A stretch of DNA of 64,000 bases from Lytechinus pictus (GCF_037042905.1 NC_087246.1:5396001-5460000); one strand, 5' to 3'; numbered from the stretch's first letter, positions 13,101 to 28,604 are shown. Program-made: numbers and translations. The notes: generated by a model from the letters alone, not told the origin.

Positions 13101-14746
13101 TCCATTCTACGTTACCTTATTTCTTTTGTCTGTCTGCGGTATACAGATGAACAAAAAGCAAGATAATGCGTACAGTGGTTTCAAATCCCATTTTCTCCTT
13201 TGAGAACCACGTATTGCCCATATCGAGCCATTTTAATGGGATCTTGGTGACATGAATGGTTATTGAGATACGAATGTATAAAGGCAACTTTCCATTTAAT
13301 TTTTAGTTAAATGGTAGATAATTTGCCTCTTATGTCGCCTTGGATATTAGTGTCGATTATCAACCGGCCTTAAAATGATCAACCCCTGTCAAACATAATC
13401 TGTCTGGTATTTCTTTTTTGTATCTTTCCATCCCAAACTTAAATCAACTATTCACTCATTTTTATTTTCCTTTTCCACTGTTTATCCTTATTTAAAGGAT
13501 GGCAAATTTCATGCAAATTCTTATCTTTAAAATATTCATTACATCTCACCTTTTCACAATTTACCAAAGATGATATTGAATATTTAGCATTTGATAATAA
13601 AATTTTACACTGTTATATGCATTTTTTTCTTTCTCGTGTTCTAACTATTATCTCAACCCTCAGCCCATTTTATATCGATTAATGCCTATAAATATATTTA
13701 ACAGGCCTCAAAGAGGAAAAAGTACCTACAGTAACTCCATTTTTTCCAGAAATAAGAAAAAGAGTTTCCATTGATTCTATTTCTCGTGCAGCATAGTCAT
13801 AATAAAAATCATGTTTTTGTTTTAGTTCTACTAATTGCTCTGAAGTTTCCCATTTTTTAAACTACAATCGATCATTTAGTTTGCATTATTTTTCCCTTTT
13901 GAAGGAGATTCCTTAAATTCAATGTCAAGGAAAAAAAATGTCTTCACAGAGGATACACCATACGGTTAACCCAAGCCAATTGTATTGACAAAATTATCAT
14001 CTTAAAATAAACACTACATTCAGTATTCGAGGTTGGCCGAATGACTCCGCATTGGAAGCATTCTCGCTTGGGATGCCTGCACAAATATTATGATCAATAC
14101 GGCTTCGTGATTTGATTTCATTTTAATTCAACTATCTAATTTCACCTGACGGTACATACACTGCAATAACAAAATCCTTGGTTAACAACGTTTTGGGCAA
14201 TGCCCTAATCTAAACAATCATATTGCAATTAAGTCATAGATCCATTCACATTCAACTGTATTAATTCTGTGGTGTTTTTTTTTTGCCCCTACTCTCTTTT
14301 CTCATCATCATCAGTCCCGTCGCATCTTTCACTATCTCATCTGATTTTTACTTTCATCCATCGTCTATTTCTCTTCGATTTTCCCTTACGTCTCTGGTCT
14401 ATTGATGAACATCAGTTCAAATTAAGAGCCAGTGAATTCAATTTTATTGTCATTGTTGCAATTAGGGTAAGCATGGTAAGGGGTAATATGTTTACATTGA
14501 ATTGTAACGATGACTAATTCAAGAACACACTGATTGGGTAAAACAGATAATAGTAAGTCACTCGTAGGAAAACACTTCAATTACTGTGATTGGTGAATGA
14601 TGCGCAATATGTGCTAGTTATTTGTATTGGAATAAACAGAGATGGTAATTGGCCTAGATAAAATAGGTTAGATTTACGTACATGGTTGTTTAAACAAAGG
14701 ATGCATAGAGCAAGATAGCAATGTTATGTGTTATGGCAATAGTAAA

Positions 14747-14749
<3 letters not shown>

Positions 14750-14808
<59 letters not shown>
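14750..14808. repeat. (TA)n microsatellite
   Basis: Direct read. Confidence 0.95.
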
Positions 14809-14809
<1 letters not shown>

Positions 14810-17012
14810 CGTTCAAATAAAATGTAAGAGAATATCAAAAAGCGGACGAACAGCGTTAAGAACAATAACTACATTAGACTGGAGGGACAACATGAAAAGA
14901 CAGATGTCAAGAAAATGAAATAATGTATCGGTAATGGGATGAAAGGAAAAGCATTAGATGAATATTTTATGATAGTTAAAGGTAGGAGGATAGGATAATA
15001 TACGTTGGGAAACTGAATAGATCAATACTATACGAATGATAGATAAGGACATTAAAAAAAACTTTTATTTGTTATTTCACGAGTGCTTTAATACATATAG
15101 GTAGACTCCCTGTTTTCAGATGAATTCAGCAGATATCTTGAATAAAGTCTATTAGATTGTGATTCAGCAAAAGGAAGGACAATGTCATTGCTCCAAACCG
15201 TATCAATACACTCGATCAAAATACCCCTTTGATTATTTAGATAACTCTTTTATGGATATTATTATGGAAGACTGGTGCTCTTCGTAAGCAGACTTTTTAA
15301 AGAAGACCGGACGTCTATCGTGTTTTTATCATGTTTATGAATGCTTTGGTCATCCGTATACTGCCATCCCATTATTTAGACTGTAGCGCTATATGTTTAG
15401 CTCAGGGCTATAATTTGCGGTATTTGCTCTCTTTTTAAGGCTTTGAAGATGAGCAGAAGGGTTGATGAAGCTACAGGCCCGCTCACGAACGATGTCAACA
15501 AATTAGGCAACACTCTTATAATGGGCTTTGCACATAGTGACAGATGCATGCCTTTAAATCCCACCCAGCTCTGATACTTACAAAAGATGAATGAATAAAG
15601 CCAAGGGGAAACGGATAATAAACAACTCATTTGGAGGAATAATTCCGAAGTATAATGTTGAAGAAGAGGGATAGTGGTTATACTTCCCTTTGGGAACCTG
15701 GTGTGATAACTATAATTAAAGGAGTGATTACGATGGTAATGAGGTTGTCAATAGTAGATTATCTAGAATTAACAGCCAGGCCAGTGGTATAGGAATTATT
15801 ATGCAAAGTTATTCCAACATGTATATTCATTCATGATATAAACATAATTTACATGATGTTAGCTCCCAAGTAAAAATTCTATACAATTGTTCTAATATGA
15901 TATGGAAAAAAAAAGAAACAATCTTCTAACAGAGTACGGAAAATATCCATGTGATTAATTTCAATTCCTTCTACGTCATGATCTTGCTCATAAAGTGTAA
16001 TGTGCTAATGTTAGTTTACGTTTCCTTGAGTTAGAAGTGGTTTGTCAGGTGATTATTTGCTCAGACTGATGATGTTATCCATTCTTGAATTGGATTTCTA
16101 TTGTTCTGCCAGTGCCGGCAAAGACTTTGTTCTCAACAATCCTTGTAGCACTCGTCTCTCATAACTTTTGGTGGTGATTGATTGGTGGTGATTTTTTTAC
16201 CTGATTGCTAAGAAAGCATGAATGCTTGTAAGCAAGCAACCAGAGGACCGACGGCTTAAGGTCCCCTCCGAAGGACCATTAATTTCACGGATCTTCACGG
16301 ATCATGATACCAATACCATATTCCACCCCATTCCTTTCCTTCTTGTTTTCCCTTTTTTTGATGGGATCAGGTGCCCAAAAGCACCCCCCCCCCATCAATT
16401 AGCAATTGTCCTTGAATAATTTCATAATTTCGTTTGAAATATTGCTATCATTTTCTAGGCGGCAATGACATCACATGAATTCATGCTCAAATAACGTCAT
16501 GATAATTTTATTTCCAAATACTGCATGACTCTGTATACATGCTCTTTTATGAAACGTATTCTATAAGCAGCCTAGATGTTAATATTGAAACCAAATGAAG
16601 CCGCGACAATTTTGCTCCGAGTTCTGGCAACTGTTACAAATTTAGTTTCTTCAGTTCAACCGTGGGATAGTTAGAGAGAAAGAAAAGAAAATAATGTAAA
16701 GAAAAAAAAAGGGATATATGCTTTGTTTACAGTCTCGTAAACCACTATGCACAGTCAAGAAAAAAACTTCTGCGTGTAGAAATTCAGGGTTGGAGCGATA
16801 GAATAGAAATCTAACTTGTATAGTCCCAACTATTGAGTTGAGCAGACCCCTCGCTGGTCTTATTGCCGGTGTCAATAGCACAGCGGAACTGCTGGAGTTT
16901 TCACCGATTAGCCTCGATCTCGCACAAGGAGAATGAAATTTTACTCTCCATTTATCGGCGCCTATACCACGACTATCATGTTTATTATTCAAAGTTAAGG
17001 GAGCCAGGCAGC

Positions 17013-17311
17013 GATGGAGCCAGGTCTACAACAAAACTGAGATTCTTCAATAGTCTGAAAAGACAATCGAAATCAACTCAACCAGAGTCAAAGCCGTGTT
17101 CAATCGTTTTACATCACTCCCAAAACCGCGGGTTTTTGTCCTCTGCAAAATGATATCAATAATAATTTCAATGGATTATATAATCATCACATAATGTTAA
17201 TAACAAGCTACAACTATGTTGTAATGCATGTAATAATACGTTACAATTTTGGTATCATTATCATATATAAATCATATATATATCACATATTGTATAATAT
17301 TGTAATATATT

Positions 17312-17376
<65 letters not shown>

Positions 17377-17758
17377 AGTATAATGATAACAATAATAATA
17401 AAACATATTATAATATTATCATCATTATAATTATCAATACAAGTATGAATACCAATACTTATAATAAACAACTTGAGTGAAGTGGTGGTGTACATTATAT
17501 GGTATGGCATATTTTCTTGTATAAAACCATGTTTGTGATAATGATACCAAAATTGTAACGTATTATTACATGAATTGCAACACAATTATAGCGTATTATT
17601 GTCATTATGTCACGGTTATATACAATTCATAAAATGATTATTGATATCATTTTGTAAAACAATTGAACACGGCTTTGACTCGGGTTGAGTTGATTTCGAT
17701 TGTCTTTTCAGACTTGTCTATTAAAGAATATCAGTTTTGTTGAATCCCTGGCTCCATC
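17013..17758. mobile_element. Foldback/MITE-like element with about 250-bp imperfect inverted arms around a (TA)n-containing spacer
   Basis: GATGGAGCCAGG…CCTGGCTCCATC; GTCTGAAAAGACAATCGAAATCAACTCAACC pairs with GGTTGAGTTGATTTCGATTGTCTTTTCAGAC; CATGTAATAATACGTTACAATTTTGGTATCATTATCA pairs with its reverse complement at about 17536-17572. Confidence 0.85.
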
Positions 17759-20700
17759 ATAAAATATACATTATTATTATTGTCATTATTGATACTAGAC
17801 ATTGTTGATAGAATTTAAGTTTCTAAATATTAGTCATTTGTTTAATAAAATCTATATTAAATATTCACACAATTTTCCAACCTCCCTTTCAATCTTACAT
17901 AGAGAATTATGTTCAAAGTTTATTCTGTTAATAATGTTATTTGTATGATTTAAGTATTATTATCTTCATGCGTGCCGAACTAAAGTTAATAATTTGCTTC
18001 ATTACTGAAGAAAAAAAATCGCCATAGACGGGATTTATTCCTTCTGTCGTACATACACATGGGAATAATAGCGGGGGGAAAAACACCAGTAGATGTGTTA
18101 AGTAAACAAGCCGCGTAATTATTCATCATGGCGATCACTGATCTGTATGTAAGCTTACGTTCTCCCTTTTTTTTACCAGTCACCGGTACATTATTAAAGA
18201 GATTAAGTAATCGCAATTTTCTGGTAGTATTATACATAGGCACGCACGCAAACTCGCCAGACGGGAATTGGATAATTTTTCACTTTTTGTGTTCTTTTTT
18301 ATATTGAACCCAGCAAACAAGTAGAGATTCCAATTGCGTGTGTTAAGTATTACTTTCAACATGAGTTGATTCCTGAGTATGATTATGATCAATATCTCCA
18401 GGCTAGTATGATTAAGGCAAGTGTAATTGGCTCACCCCCTCCTAATATTCATTAATGAAAAGTAATGAATATAATATCTCGTCTCCTGAATATACCCAAG
18501 CAGTCATCTCTCAGAAGTGGATTGCACTTCTGGCTGTTCATCTCCCACTTGCAATATTTCTGTGAGTCCATTTGAAAACATTGATATGATTGAAAAATAT
18601 AATCCGAGAATACGACATGAGATGTTTTAACATAACTTTCCCCCTCTACCAGCTTCTTTGCTCTCTTGACGTCTGTCTCACGAGCAGACCTATCACTTGT
18701 CTTGTGTTTTCCCGCCCGAAGCGTTGCTATCGCGATACTACCCTGTCGTCTGCTTGCTAGAGAGCCTCTAATCTCGTTATGATATGATGATATGAACTAT
18801 GTAATAAATTCGGCAGGTATTGTTGGTGTTATCGTTGTCAAATATTTTTGGCGTTTTCTCTTTTTTTACTATTATTTCCCCGGCAATTTTCATTTTCTTC
18901 TTTATCATTTTGAGCGCCTTGTCGATAACATATAAAAATTGGGGTTTTATGGGATGTACTGTAGATTTGCACTGCCGTTCTTTGTTTCCTGTTTATCAAC
19001 CTTATTCTTGTTTACTCATCTCCATTATTTTATATCCCTATCAACAGTTAATGGTTCTTGTTCATCTATCTATCCCCCTCTCCCTTTCTCGATGTCTGTA
19101 TTTAATTTTATTTTCTATTAATCACTAATTTTTCGATTTCTTGGTTATTTTCTTGAGCCAAATCTTTATATGGTACATTTGCCTTTGCTTTGAGATTCCT
19201 TTGTATTTGATGCCTGTAAGGTTATCCACCCTTCTTTGTCAGGATTGTTATCATTTCCCCAATTTTGTTTCTTGGAGTTAAACATTTTCATAAAACGTTT
19301 TAGGCCTTGTCGCAGACCCCTTGAAGTTAAATTTATGTACCCGTCGGTGATTTTTTAATCCAAAATCACAACTAAACCGTCCACTATTGGGACCAGAAAT
19401 CGGGTCAAAAGTCATCCCTTTGCTTATTCTTCCCTCATTCGATCCCAAATGAAACACTTGTTTCGCCCCAAGGTCCCAGTTTGGTGTCAAAATTCGGAAT
19501 TGTTTTTCTTGTCGCGAAGTCGACATCTACCCTAGATGGTTTGCTCATGGCTACGGGCCCGCCGGCGAGATACAGTATGAAATAGGTGGTATTGTTAGAT
19601 ACTAACATCAGGCAGAAGCCACATGTAAATATTACTAGGCATATCGAGAGTGGTAATTGAATTACAAACATGCGATTGCCCAATTGTAAAATAACCTGGA
19701 GAAAAACATGTCAAACTCAGTTCGGCCACATCATGTTTTCTTTATATTCTGTATCTTTTTTTGGTTCTGGAGTGCAATTTTGTTTTTAGAATCCATATGT
19801 GTTGAAGAATAACCCGTCTGAGTTAAGTGGAGTGATAGGGTGTGTTTATCTAACAAACACCGCAGTTGTTAAAATGAATTTCTTTGATTAATATCTCACG
19901 CATTATTTTGTGGGTGATATTTTGACAGGTCAAACGTTTTTCTTATGAGGGTGAGAGTGAATCAGTCCCACTAATTCCCTATCCACAGCAATGAAGCATT
20001 TTCCAAAATTACCCTCACCTATATTTTAAGTTTTAATCAATCTGTTCATTATGCGCGTGTATCTTTAAATGAAACTCTACTTTGAAGTTCTTTTGTTCAT
20101 CAAATCATTATTATTATTTTTTTTTTACTAAAGTACATTTTTTTTATATCCTTACGGATTCTTTTTTTTTAAATAGAATTTACGTATATAGCTGCTAATT
20201 ATTTGAAGTGATTTTTTTAATCATTCAAATCGCTGAACGGGATTATGTATCACGCTAAGGGATGAATATTTTGTTCTTATTCCCAAGTAATCTTGAATAT
20301 ATAGGTTATAAAAAGGCGTTTAATACTTTGATATTCAAATTCAGTGATCATAATAAAATTACAAAATGCGAATATTTCTGCGTTTCATATTTCACACGTG
20401 TTAATACAGCCGTGGATATAAAACAGTGGAAACATAAAAGCCATTATGCCTCATTCTTCCTCTCAAATTCATATTCCCCATTGTGAAAATTTGAAATTTA
20501 GGGTAGAAATCTAACAAGAAATATCGTTTCCTAGCACTCCATGGGTATCAATTGAGTGTGAACCTGGTATATTTTTAAACTTGGAGAGTCGTGTCCTGTC
20601 TTGGTATCTCCATCTCTCAGTGGTTAACTGAATCTGAGATTAAATTATGGACGAGGCCAATCCTTAACTAGGTTAGCTATACGTATAAATTCAGGTGTAT

Positions 20701-22467
20701 TTTAGCATAATGATTGAAAGAAGGGTGAGAAAGTGAAATGAAGACAGAGAGAGAGGGGGGAACAGATGGGAGAGTGGGAGAGAAAGAGAGGGGAGGGGTA
20801 ATCCTAATATTTTGTGCTTACTGCAGTCATTGCCGTCAGTGTTACAATAATAAAGTTTAGTTGTTTTTTCCAGAAAGGTACACATTCAAAATGCTTAATG
20901 AAATACCTCTCGATGTTAATTCTCTATATCAATACTTTAAATTCACTAACTTCATTCTTAGTTTTGATATTGTTGGTAGATATGTCTTTAAATTAACAAA
21001 TAATTGGAGGTGGAATATTTCAGCATCATATCTGTAATATTCATGCATTTTTGTATTGGTTGTGATCAGGAATGGGTTTTAGTCATTATGGTCATGCCTC
21101 TACGTGTATTTCTTATAATGCTCTCTGTCAGATCGTTACATCTTATTGCTTGTGAAGGAGATCTTTCTCCGGTACCACTCACATACCAGCCTTACCCACT
21201 CAATCTCCCCGCACCTATCCATACTTTGTCTACCACTCACTGCACCTCCTTTCATCCAACATCAACAACAACAACAAAAGGAAAACGTAGAATTACTATA
21301 ACCTCATATCTTGTATATTTCACTGTACATGCAGTATTGGGTTTTTGTGTTTGCCCGAACGTAATGCATTTGACACCCTCATCCTGCCTGCGGCGTACCC
21401 TTAAATTAAGTTTGGTATCATTAATACGTATGGAACGGATAACACCTCCAAGGATTGGTAGGAGGGATGCGATCCAGCGATGCTGGTGGTTGCAGATATA
21501 GCGGTAACATTTTTCAAATCTACGAGCTACAAAAAGTTTGGACAGTTCTAAAATAGATCTTTTTCATACCAAGATGTATTTTACTCACTATAACAAAAGC
21601 ATTACATTGATTCGAATATGTTTCACTTCTTTAAAATGGAGAGAGTTTTTTTTTTATTATTTATCCGATGTTGTAGTATACGGGAAATTTTCTTTATTAT
21701 GTCGTATTGAAATCGCAAAATGGGGGGGGGGGGGTTAGGGTTATATCGTCAAACATCAATATAACGTTTTAAATTGCATAATTCTTAAAGAAGTAGGCAG
21801 AGTGAGATAATATAATAAAAGTCTTTAGAAAGGTTGCATAGGTTTTCTCTAAGCATTTACTTTTTGCCCCCTCGCTCTCACCCTCTCTCTTTCTGCCATA
21901 CACACACGCACGCACACCCCCATCCATATTGTTATTCTCGCCCTTCTCTTTTCTCTCACGTTTCCCCCCTTTTCAAAATATATTTCATTCCTCCTTTCTC
22001 TTCGTCTTCTATTCCTTATCCTCGGTCTTTCAATCTCTGTCCTTGCTTTCACTCTCTAAAATTTTCAGATTTATTCTGAGTTAGGAGATATCGTTGGCAT
22101 TACGGCTGAAACAGATGAGCGATTAACAACTAAAAATCTCAGGGCTGTATAGTAGGAATTGCTACATCGGCGAAAAAGTAACAGGATCAAATACAAATAA
22201 TGGCAGACGAGGAGTTTAAATGAACAGCTAATTGTCTCCTCTTCAAAGTCAATAGGCATTTAGTTTGCTTAGAAACAGACGTGGCGGAACGGCTGTGCTA
22301 GGGCAGGCAGATCCGAATGTCATCTTATCCTCCGACAAGCAGGATAAAAGGTGTTTGGTTACACGAAGGAGATGCATGCAGCGCCCCCGGTCGTTGCGCT
22401 TTCCAACTGAGTTCACTCTCATCCATAAGAGTTCTTTCCCTTCTTCTTCATCCTGTCCCACCCCCCT

Positions 22468-22500
<33 letters not shown>

Positions 22501-25500
22501 ATCTCTCCCCTTTCTTCCTGAATTTTTTCCATGCAAAATATTGGCCTTTCTTTCCATCCATCTGTCATTCGCGGGTTTCTTTTAAAAATATTGGAAATGA
22601 TGATCATCATGATAACGATACAAACAACGAAAGGATTTTTTTAATGGGAGCAATAGCAAACTTTTGTTTTAGATAAGATAATTACTTTAACCACATTAAA
22701 CGATTATGCATGTTATAGCGAAATATAACATTTAATAAACTGAATTTCATTATTATTTCTCGGTACACAGGATTAAACACTCTAAATTATTATTTAAAAA
22801 ATCTTCTTTTTTCATGTCATATATTATTTGGAATCATTGTTATGATTTTATTCCAAAGGACTGCTCTATACCTTTTTATTGTAAGCATTATCATTGTACG
22901 CCTACATTATGAAATTGCGGAAAAATATAATGAGCCATGTCCTATTTCTATTTTCAATCAATTTAATTGAATATAATAAAATCGTTCAGTTCGAAATCAG
23001 ATTGAAAATATTTTGGGGGTGTTCTTTTTTTTCTTTTCTGCTCTTTCACTTCTACTCTTAACATGTAAAGATATAACAAGACATGATAGAAGAGCCTGGA
23101 TGTATGGCGTTTCACTGCCTACATGTTATCCAATTATGTCATTTTGTCGGTCGTGGGTATTGAAAGTCATAGCATGGAAGGGGGATGAATTAGTATTTTA
23201 TTTGAAACAGCGATGTTTTGATCTATCCGATTCATGATAGGAGCATAATGAAGTCTGGTCGAGTCATAATATGGTTTCACCCACAAAGATTGCAGGTACT
23301 CCTTTCTTCCCAATCAAATTGAATTTCTTGTCACCTTCCAAATAAAAGACAATTCCATATCTTATCTAATTTCTTTTTACTGATTAATACGGTTCAATAG
23401 ATCATGTTGAAGATTCGTAGTTATTTCCTTTGACACAAGATCGTTAGGAATATAGTGGTGATAAAGAAAGACTCGTTTAGAATAGGAATGCCTTGAAAGA
23501 GGGACAATGAGTATGAACATGAGACTGAATGGTATACGAGGCCCCTTTGGAAGATGTGTATTACATAAATCGCTTTGAGAATTACTAGCATGTAATTTGA
23601 TTAGAACCCCCTTTTAATCTCATATGGTGCCCGATACTGCTTACAGTCCCAATGAAATTCACTTTTCCCCTTTTCCTCTTTATATAACATGTCGATTGAG
23701 GGGGGGGGGTATGGCGTCATTATACTCATACATTCATTGATCCGCTATAGCCTTGTTAACATAAAAGTACAAATCGAATTTTTATTCAGCAAAATTTGTG
23801 TCATCCTTATGCCAAATACTTCGCCAAATGAATTTTATTATCAGCTGGATTGAATGGGTGTGTAGAGCAATGAATAACCGAGTAGGAAGCTTTAACAATG
23901 AGATATGATTAGTTTATGGGCAATTTTCACATCTCTGCTTAGCGAATAAGGCAGAGCATGGTGGTGGTTAAGCAGCGAAGAAAATCAAATTTGGTTATTA
24001 AGATATGCCTAAAGCTCAGTCGAGCGACCCCTGTAGAGCGATGGTAGTTCAACGCCGCCGCGCTCCCGAATCTCGCAAGGGGTGAACCGCACTGAAAAAA
24101 AACCTTTACTGCATTTGTGTATCCTATAAAATAGTTTCTGACATCCTTGCATTGATTTCTCCCAAACGAGGTAGATTTAATGAATAGTAATTAACTCATT
24201 CAAATAACAGGGATAACACGCTGTTTTTACCCAACAACTAAGTTAAATTGATACCCCTCCTACTACCGTTCAGTCGTAATATTCCAAGATCAAGTCGTGC
24301 ATTATTTTCTTGGTCAAGATGTCCCTAATCGGTACCAACTGCTGTGCCAACAATCGCAAGTGGGATGGTCCGATCAGTGGGGTAGCTTTCATATCTTCTC
24401 CTCAAGAAATAATTATTGAAATAAGACCACATAGAATTAACAGATGAAAAATAATCAGTTGATCAATCTCATTTCGTTCAACCTTCAAAGGTGCTGAACT
24501 CCGCCCTGCGATTCAAGCGTCTTTATCAACATGATCAAATTCATTTAAGTATATACCAAAGTACGATATATTTCGATTCCTATTTTTCATATAAGCTAAG
24601 CCATTTCTCTGCCACATAAATTTAGGTCAATATGGTCATGATCTGGTTTCCCACCGTTTAACCAAATTATCGTTGTTTTATTGAGACTCCTTAAAATGAT
24701 TTCTACAACGTGACCATTACTACAATCCATAGTTCGTATTTCTTCATTGTTATGAGAAATTGCCATTTTAAATGAAAGTGCAACTATATCAAGCCGAAAA
24801 GTGAGAAAAAATCCTTATACAATCCATCTCACCCATAAGGCCTCCATGGTCTCTGTGCTTTTTATTTCTAAAGCTCTTCCTAATTTAACATTATTATTTG
24901 AAAACTATGATATTGAATTTATTCATTATATATGGAATGCGTTGTTATCACTTTCATGAATAATGAATCATTTCTCAAGTGAAAGAAGGAATCACCAAAA
25001 ATGACCAGCATAGACTGTTATATTATTACTATTATTCTATTATTATCATTATTTCGGTTTACTAAATATTATGATGATTGCAATTAGATATGAGAGAATC
25101 AGAGATCATACAACACTGGAAACCTTCTTTACCAAATATCAAAATATGACTGAATGCAAGATTTATTAAAGAAATACAATCAAAGACATTTTTGTGCGAG
25201 TGACTTCAAATAAAAATACCTTGTTTAATCCGTAAGAATGTTGTCATAACGCATGGTTATTACAGGCTATTATTTGTTAACACCTTTTCTATTTCTATGA
25301 TAAAACATGAACAGTGAATTGCAATGATTAAGGTTGATTTTTGGTCACTTAAAGAAAGAAAGAAAGAAGAGAGAGAGAGAGAATTCCCCATGGGTACTTT
25401 CCAATCTCAATAGTTCGTTGATTTGGGTCCCTAGCTCCAATATTACCGGTCCCTCAACTGTCAAAACACTAATCTCACACCCTCTCAATCCCTATTTATC

Positions 25501-25662
25501 ATCTACATCCTCCCCATATGATGTTTTACCTTTCTTATTTTTCTCCCCTCTCAATTTTTTTCTCTCTCTTTCTTCCTTCCTTTCTATCTTTCTTTCTTTC
25601 CTTTTTTCTCTTTTTTGTATTCTTTCTTTCTCTCTCTTTCTTTTTTCTTTCTTCCTTTCTTT

Positions 25663-25855
25663 CACTCTAAAAACACTGAGTAAATTTTTACCAAATATCG
25701 GATAAAAATGGAGCATGCATATTTGCTGAGTATTTTTGTTTTACCCTATATTGGACTATTTTAATGCAACATTGCGTAAAGTTTACAAAATATTGGGTCT
25801 TTGTCCCCAACCACCATGCATGTTACCCAATATTGGGTAAACATTTTTGTAGAGT
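25663..25855. mobile_element. Degenerate MITE with CACT-type ends (CACTA/EnSpm-like non-autonomous)
   Basis: CACTCTAAAAA…TTTTTGTAGAGT ends with internal inverted TTACC(C/A)AATAT and CATGCAT motifs. Confidence 0.5.
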
Positions 25856-28604
25856 TTTATTTCTTTCATTCTATTCATCATTCGATCCATTAACCAATGC
25901 ATTCTTTCATTCATATATAGATATTTATGTTGTACCCGCTGAAAGACATTATCTTTCTGGGCACAAATTTTCTTCCCTCTAGAAAACATTACTGAAAATA
26001 TCATATTCACTGTTGTCATTATACTTTGTAAAATATTATGTAATCATCCGATGTTGAGTATAAGTTAAACTGTATGGAAGAAAATGTACTGTTAATGTGT
26101 AGGTTAAGTGTGATAAAGAAGTTTCGAAAAGTGTGTGTACGTTTGTGTGTTTATATTATATTTTTCTTTAACATGTTCGTTTATATCTGCACTTGACCAT
26201 TTCACATTTATTCTGCCAATCCACCTTAAACCCCACCCATCTCTCCCTCTCTATTTCTCTCTCTCTCTTTGGCCCAACTACATTTTCACCTAATAATCGA
26301 GCAAAACAACAAAAAGAATAGGATTCTCCCTAATTTTCTTTTCAAATGAAATAAAATTATAGGAAATAAAAGGCATAGAATATGGAATATTTGAGCTGAC
26401 TGCAGCTTTAGTCAACTATACTGGAGCTAGGAGCGGGTGCTAAAGATCGCTATTTTCACACCCATAGCCCGCTGTACAGAGGAAAGCAAGAATAGTCTTT
26501 CAGCTGCCGCTAGTCCCAGACGTGGCAAAAATCGTTGGCAGAATGTCGAGTGACCCCGCAAGACAGGTGTATCAGAGTCCGCGTATCAGAAGGAACGGAA
26601 AGGAGGACCGTCATATTGGCTTCTCGGCAAATAATACAAACTCTACTATCCATTTAACTTCCTTGAAAAGCAGAAGAAAAAACGAAACAATTATCTATCA
26701 GAATATTTTTTGTTAATTTTGGTTTTGATAGTTATTTATCAAAAGTACAACCTAAACTGCCCAGCTGAAGTTTGTTGTATGCTTAGGTTAGTCATTCCTT
26801 TGCATCATTGAACCTTGGTTAGTTGAAATGCAATCTCCTGGCCGTATGACTAATAATAAAATCACTGTATTAAAAGAAACAGTGCGATGCGGTGATTGGC
26901 AATTTCTTCCCAATCACTTATTTGAATAGTCTGCAATTTCTACATTCTTATATAAAAACGTATTTATTGTTTATGTATGATGTCCATGCATAGAACACAT
27001 AAAGTATTATCGCCATGCTGTTTGATTATTTCAGTGAATTTCTTACAGTAAAATCCTAACAAGGTTGAATCTGACTTCACCATTAATTTACAGTAGTCAA
27101 ACGGGAAAAACAGTGTAAATTCGCAGTGAAACAGCGTATTCATAAAATACATAAGAAACCAATAAAACCTTTTTGGTAGATTGTTGAGTGATTTTATGTC
27201 TACGTCCATAGTATAATATAATTTATTAATGTTATAGCAAAGGAACCAAACAAAGAAAAAAATAGCCGCTGAAAGGTGATGCATCTTAATGCTTCCAAAC
27301 TTGTTAAAGAACCGACCATTCTGGCTTGCTAGGGGGTCGCATTATTGGAAGTCATTAACTTCAGACGAGGAAATATGTGGTAGAAAAAACACTTTGCTCC
27401 GTTCAGAACCGAAACTCTTACAACTTTTGACGGAAGCTATTGTTACAAATACCCTGACCCTTGTTACAGTTATAACTAATCCTCCTGTTAGCCATTATTG
27501 TGAATAACAATATTTATACAATACGCGTTATACTCTGAAAAAGCCCTCAATGGGTACTGTTCACAAGAAATAGATTATTAATGAAGTTTTCTTGCAACAG
27601 CGCCCGAAACTAAAGAAACGCCAAGTTCGGTTTGGAGAGCGGTGTGTGTTTGTACAGAAAGGGGTGAACGCGTGCTAAGGTTTGGGGCGATAGGGGCACG
27701 CGTGGATTTAATGTGGGGCTCTAGGGGTATATGATGAAATGCGGAAAAGCTTAACAAGTTGAAGCTGTTTTACTTGAAGAAGTTAAAGAAGGGATATGTA
27801 AGTGAAAAGGGAAAAGATGGGGGAATGAGAAGCAAAAAAAATTAGAGTAAAAAGAGAAAGCAAGAAGGAGAGAGTGGGAGAGACGGGAAAGTGGAAGAGA
27901 GAGAGCATAGAGAGATAATGAAAAAGGAAAAGATATCACTTCAGATTATAAAACTACATGCACCCTCTTTGAAATTATGGAACAAATGTTCTTGAAAAAC
28001 GAGATCACTGATTGTCAATCTGTCTGTATTATAGAGCATTACGTGCAAATTTGCTACAGGATTGCATTTAGGTGGACATAGTGTTTAATCCCCCAAATAG
28101 CAATAATTGGCGTCTTCCCTCCTGAATTCCCGGGTGAAATGTTCGGAAAATTAATACGCTATTAATCTAAGATTATTTCCGACAATGTTTCCTCTACCCA
28201 TCTTGGCTATCGCCTTTCGGAATAAAAGTCATTATGGCCACCTCTCATCCATATTTCTTTCCGAAACAGATCACATAAAGGGTGATCACACCATCTTGGA
28301 ACGCATAAAAACGCGTCACGTTTTGAGGGAGAAAGCATGAAAAGCGACAAGTATGGCTAATCGGTGGTGTTTATGTGGAAGAATGCAACCTGCTCCCATC
28401 TCTCTTTCTTTCTTTCTTTTTGCTGCCCATAGCCCTATTATGTTGTGAGTAATCAAATGTGAATGAAAGTCTGTGATTTTGTCACAGCTCTTTAATGATG
28501 TCCACACGTCAACTTGACAATGTTGTCACGAACAGGATCAAGTGACCTCATATCAAGATGATAGCATGGGATTTATAACCAGAGGATCCTAAAGTTGAGC
28601 GTTG

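Noticed and set aside
12713..13203. 145 and 161 aa ORFs
   Set aside because: CT/CA microsatellite-rich intron sequence; no domain.
21004..21501. 165-aa ORF in intron 2
   Set aside because: Starts at TTG, has no recognisable domain or coding-like composition, and has no compatible splice sites.
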